64,000 nucleotides of DNA from an uncultured Gemmatimonadales bacterium (GTDB lineage: Bacteria; Gemmatimonadota; Gemmatimonadetes; Longimicrobiales; RSA9). Shown piece after piece: positions 61,967-64,000 of this stretch. Each line of letters starts with the position of its first letter. Position 1 is the first letter of the stretch. The notes under the pieces are model-generated. The model was not told where the DNA came from. It saw only the letters and a program-made list of their open reading frames with translations, and searched no databases. Location of the stretch: assembly GCA_963816355.1 (NCBI GenBank), contig CAWFKH010000005.1, positions 320,001 to 384,000 of the forward strand. The letters run 5' to 3'. Made by a program: the position numbers and the translations under genes.

Positions 61967-63328
61967 TCAGCCGCCGACGTCGACGCTCTCCCCCTCTTCC
62001 GCGACGCTGCACGACCAGTGCAGCGTCTCCTCAATGCGGCGCCGCAGCGCGTCGGCCGCCTCCGGCTCGCCGTGGGTCAGGTAGGTGTGACGCGGCGGCG
62101 CCTCGAAGTGGCCGAGCCAGGCGATCAGCTCGTCGGCGTCGGCGTGGGCCGACAGGCCGTGCAATGCCACGACCTCCGCCCGCACCGGCACGTGCTGGCC
62201 GTGGATCTTGATCGTCTGCGCGCCCGCGAGCATCGCCGCGCCGCGCGTCCCTGCCGCCTGGTAGCCCGCGAAGAGGACCGTGTTGCGGTGGTCCGGCGCG
62301 AACACCTTCAGGTGATGGATGACGCGGCCGCCGGTCGCCATGCCGCTCGCCGAAACGACGATCATCGGGCCGCGTCGCCGATCCACGGCCTTCGACTCCT
62401 CCACCCCGTTCACGATCTGGACGTCCGCCTCCACGTCGCGCCACTGCTCCGCCGTGAGCCGGTGCTCGTCCGGATAGCGCGCGTACAGGTGCGTGACCTT
62501 CGTCGCCATCGGACTGTCCAGGAAGATCGGCAGGCGCGGGATCGCGTTCTCCGCCGCCAGCCGGTGCAGGTGGTAGAGCAGGACCTGCGTGCGCCCCACG
62601 GCGAAGGCGGGGATGACGACGACGCCGCCTCGCGACGCCGTCCTCCGCACGACCTCGCCCAGCAACGCCTGCGCGTCCTCGCCGCCGTGCGTGCGGTCGC
62701 CGTACGTCGACTCGAGCACGAGGTTCGCCGCGTGGCGCGGCTGCGCCGGCGGCAGCAGCACCGCGCCGTCCGGCCGCCCGAGGTCGCCGCTGAAAAGGAC
62801 CTCTCCGCCGCTCGCCCGCAGCCGCACCAGCGAGGAGCCGAGGATGTGGCCCGCGCGCTCGAGGTGCGCCGTGACGCCCGCCGCCACCTCGAAGTCGACA
62901 CCGCGCTCGACCGCCCGGAACGACTGCAGGGACTGCCTCGCGTCCGCCTCCGTGTAGAGCGGCAGGGCTGGGTGGTGCCGGCTGAAGCCATGGCGGTTCG
63001 CGAACTCCGCCTCCTCTTCCTGCAGGTGGCCGCTGTCCGGCAGCAGGATCGCGCACAGGTCCCGCGTAGCCGCCGTGCAGTAGATCGGGCCGCTGAAGCC
63101 CTCCCGCACCAGCAGCGGCAGGTACCCCGTATGGTCAATGTGCGCGTGCGTAAGCACCACCGCGTCGATCGACGACGGCTCGACCGGAAACGGCCGGCGG
63201 TTGCGCAGCCGCAACTGCTTCAGGCCCTGAAAGAGGCCGCAGTCGACCAGCACCCGACGCTCGCCCGCCTCGACCAGGTATTTCGACCCGGTCACCGTGC
63301 CCGCCGCCCCGAGGAACTTCAGTCGCAT
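61967..63328 (-). CDS. MBL-fold beta-CASP metallo-hydrolase (putative RNase)
   Basis: [34 protein letters not shown] and THGE; GGAGG RBS. Confidence 0.93.
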   Translation of the reverse strand: MRLKFLGAAGTVTGSKYLVEAGERRVLVDCGLFQGLKQLRLRNRRPFPVEPSSIDAVVLTHAHIDHTGYLPLLVREGFSGPIYCTAATRDLCAILLPDSGHLQEEEAEFANRHGFSRHHPALPLYTEADARQSLQSFRAVERGVDFEVAAGVTAHLERAGHILGSSLVRLRASGGEVLFSGDLGRPDGAVLLPPAQPRHAANLVLESTYGDRTHGGEDAQALLGEVVRRTASRGGVVVIPAFAVGRTQVLLYHLHRLAAENAIPRLPIFLDSPMATKVTHLYARYPDEHRLTAEQWRDVEADVQIVNGVEESKAVDRRRGPMIVVSASGMATGGRVIHHLKVFAPDHRNTVLFAGYQAAGTRGAAMLAGAQTIKIHGQHVPVRAEVVALHGLSAHADADELIAWLGHFEAPPRHTYLTHGEPEAADALRRRIEETLHWSCSVAEEGESVDVGG

Positions 63329-63478
63329 CGCGCCACCTCCCCGCGCCTCCGTGGATGCCGTCGTCGCCGCACGCTCACCCGTCCCCGCGCCCTGGCCCGT
63401 CGGCGCGCCCTCGCTCGTCGCCGCGCCCTGGCCCGTCGGCGCGCCCTCGCTCGTCGGCGCGCCCTCGTTCATGGGGCG

Positions 63479-63709
63479 CTACCACTCCTCGATGTCCGGC
63501 TCCCAGTCGTCCCAGAAGCGCTCCTCCTCCTCCCGGATCGACTCGCGATCGAGCGGCTCCTCCCCCGCTTCGACCGGATCGCCCCGCTCGATGCTGCGGA
63601 CGACGTCGTCCGTCACCCTCGGCGCACCGCCCCGCCCCGCCCGCGCCCGCGAGCGGATCAGCCATCCCCCGATCACCGCCAGTGCCGCCGCACCGATCCA
63701 GAAGAACAT
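63479..63709 (-). CDS. Small hypothetical membrane-anchored acidic protein
   Basis: N-terminal TM and acidic tail (EEEERFWDDWE). Confidence 0.65.
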   Translation of the reverse strand: MFFWIGAAALAVIGGWLIRSRARAGRGGAPRVTDDVVRSIERGDPVEAGEEPLDRESIREEEERFWDDWEPDIEEW

Positions 63710-63748
63710 GCCACGGAATCTGCCGATCCTCGGCCGGGACGCAAGGCG

Positions 63749-64000
63749 CTCGCCTGGCGGCGAGGGAAGCTCGCCTGGCGGCGAGGGAAGCTCGCCTGGC
63801 GGCGAGGGAAGCTCGCCTGCGGCGAGGGGAGCTCGCCTGCGGCGAGGGCCTCGCCTGGCGGCGTGGGAAGCTCGCCTGCGGCGAGGGCCCGGGCTCGCGC
63901 CGGGGGAAGCTCGCCTGCGGCGAGGGTCGCGCGTCGGCCGGCCTCCCTCGCGCAGCGAGCTTCCCCCGCGCAGCGGGCCCCGGCGCAGCCGGCCTCCCTC
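63749..64000. repeat. Inverted pair of mini-hairpin arrays without an intervening gene; runs off the window end
   Basis: Left-type units at 63749-63924, about 22 bp gap, right-type units from 63947. Confidence 0.88.

Overview
A 64-kb, very GC-rich chromosomal segment from a diderm bacterium (TamA/TamB, TolC-RND, lipoproteins, many secreted S9 peptidases). A Gemmatimonadota-like host is my inference only. Most genes are housekeeping or metabolic: a tkt-GH15-gnd-zwf cluster, thrB/thrC, cyanophycinase, msrB, ppiA, an RND pump, LemA/NfeD/flotillin and a beta-CASP hydrolase. I saw no rRNA, tRNA, CRISPR array, integrase or transposase. The unusual signal is mostly non-coding. (1) A four-helix-bundle (23S-IVP/bAvd-like) gene is enclosed by two oppositely oriented arrays of mini-hairpins. 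Their loops read GNA/GNNA on one strand and their stems show compensatory changes. The same repeat family recurs as a gene-less inverted pair at the window end and as an in-frame insert at the 5' end of an amidase. (2) A 177-bp, lower-GC, modular palindromic element occurs twice about 19 kb apart, gap-free and about 73% identical; one copy lies downstream of an AbiEi-DUF559 nuclease gene. (3) One ORF fuses a TM helix, a degenerate DEAD-box domain 1, an RGG linker and a cold-shock domain. Short tandem duplications are pervasive. Three genes carry single +1 frameshifts that may be sequencing errors.
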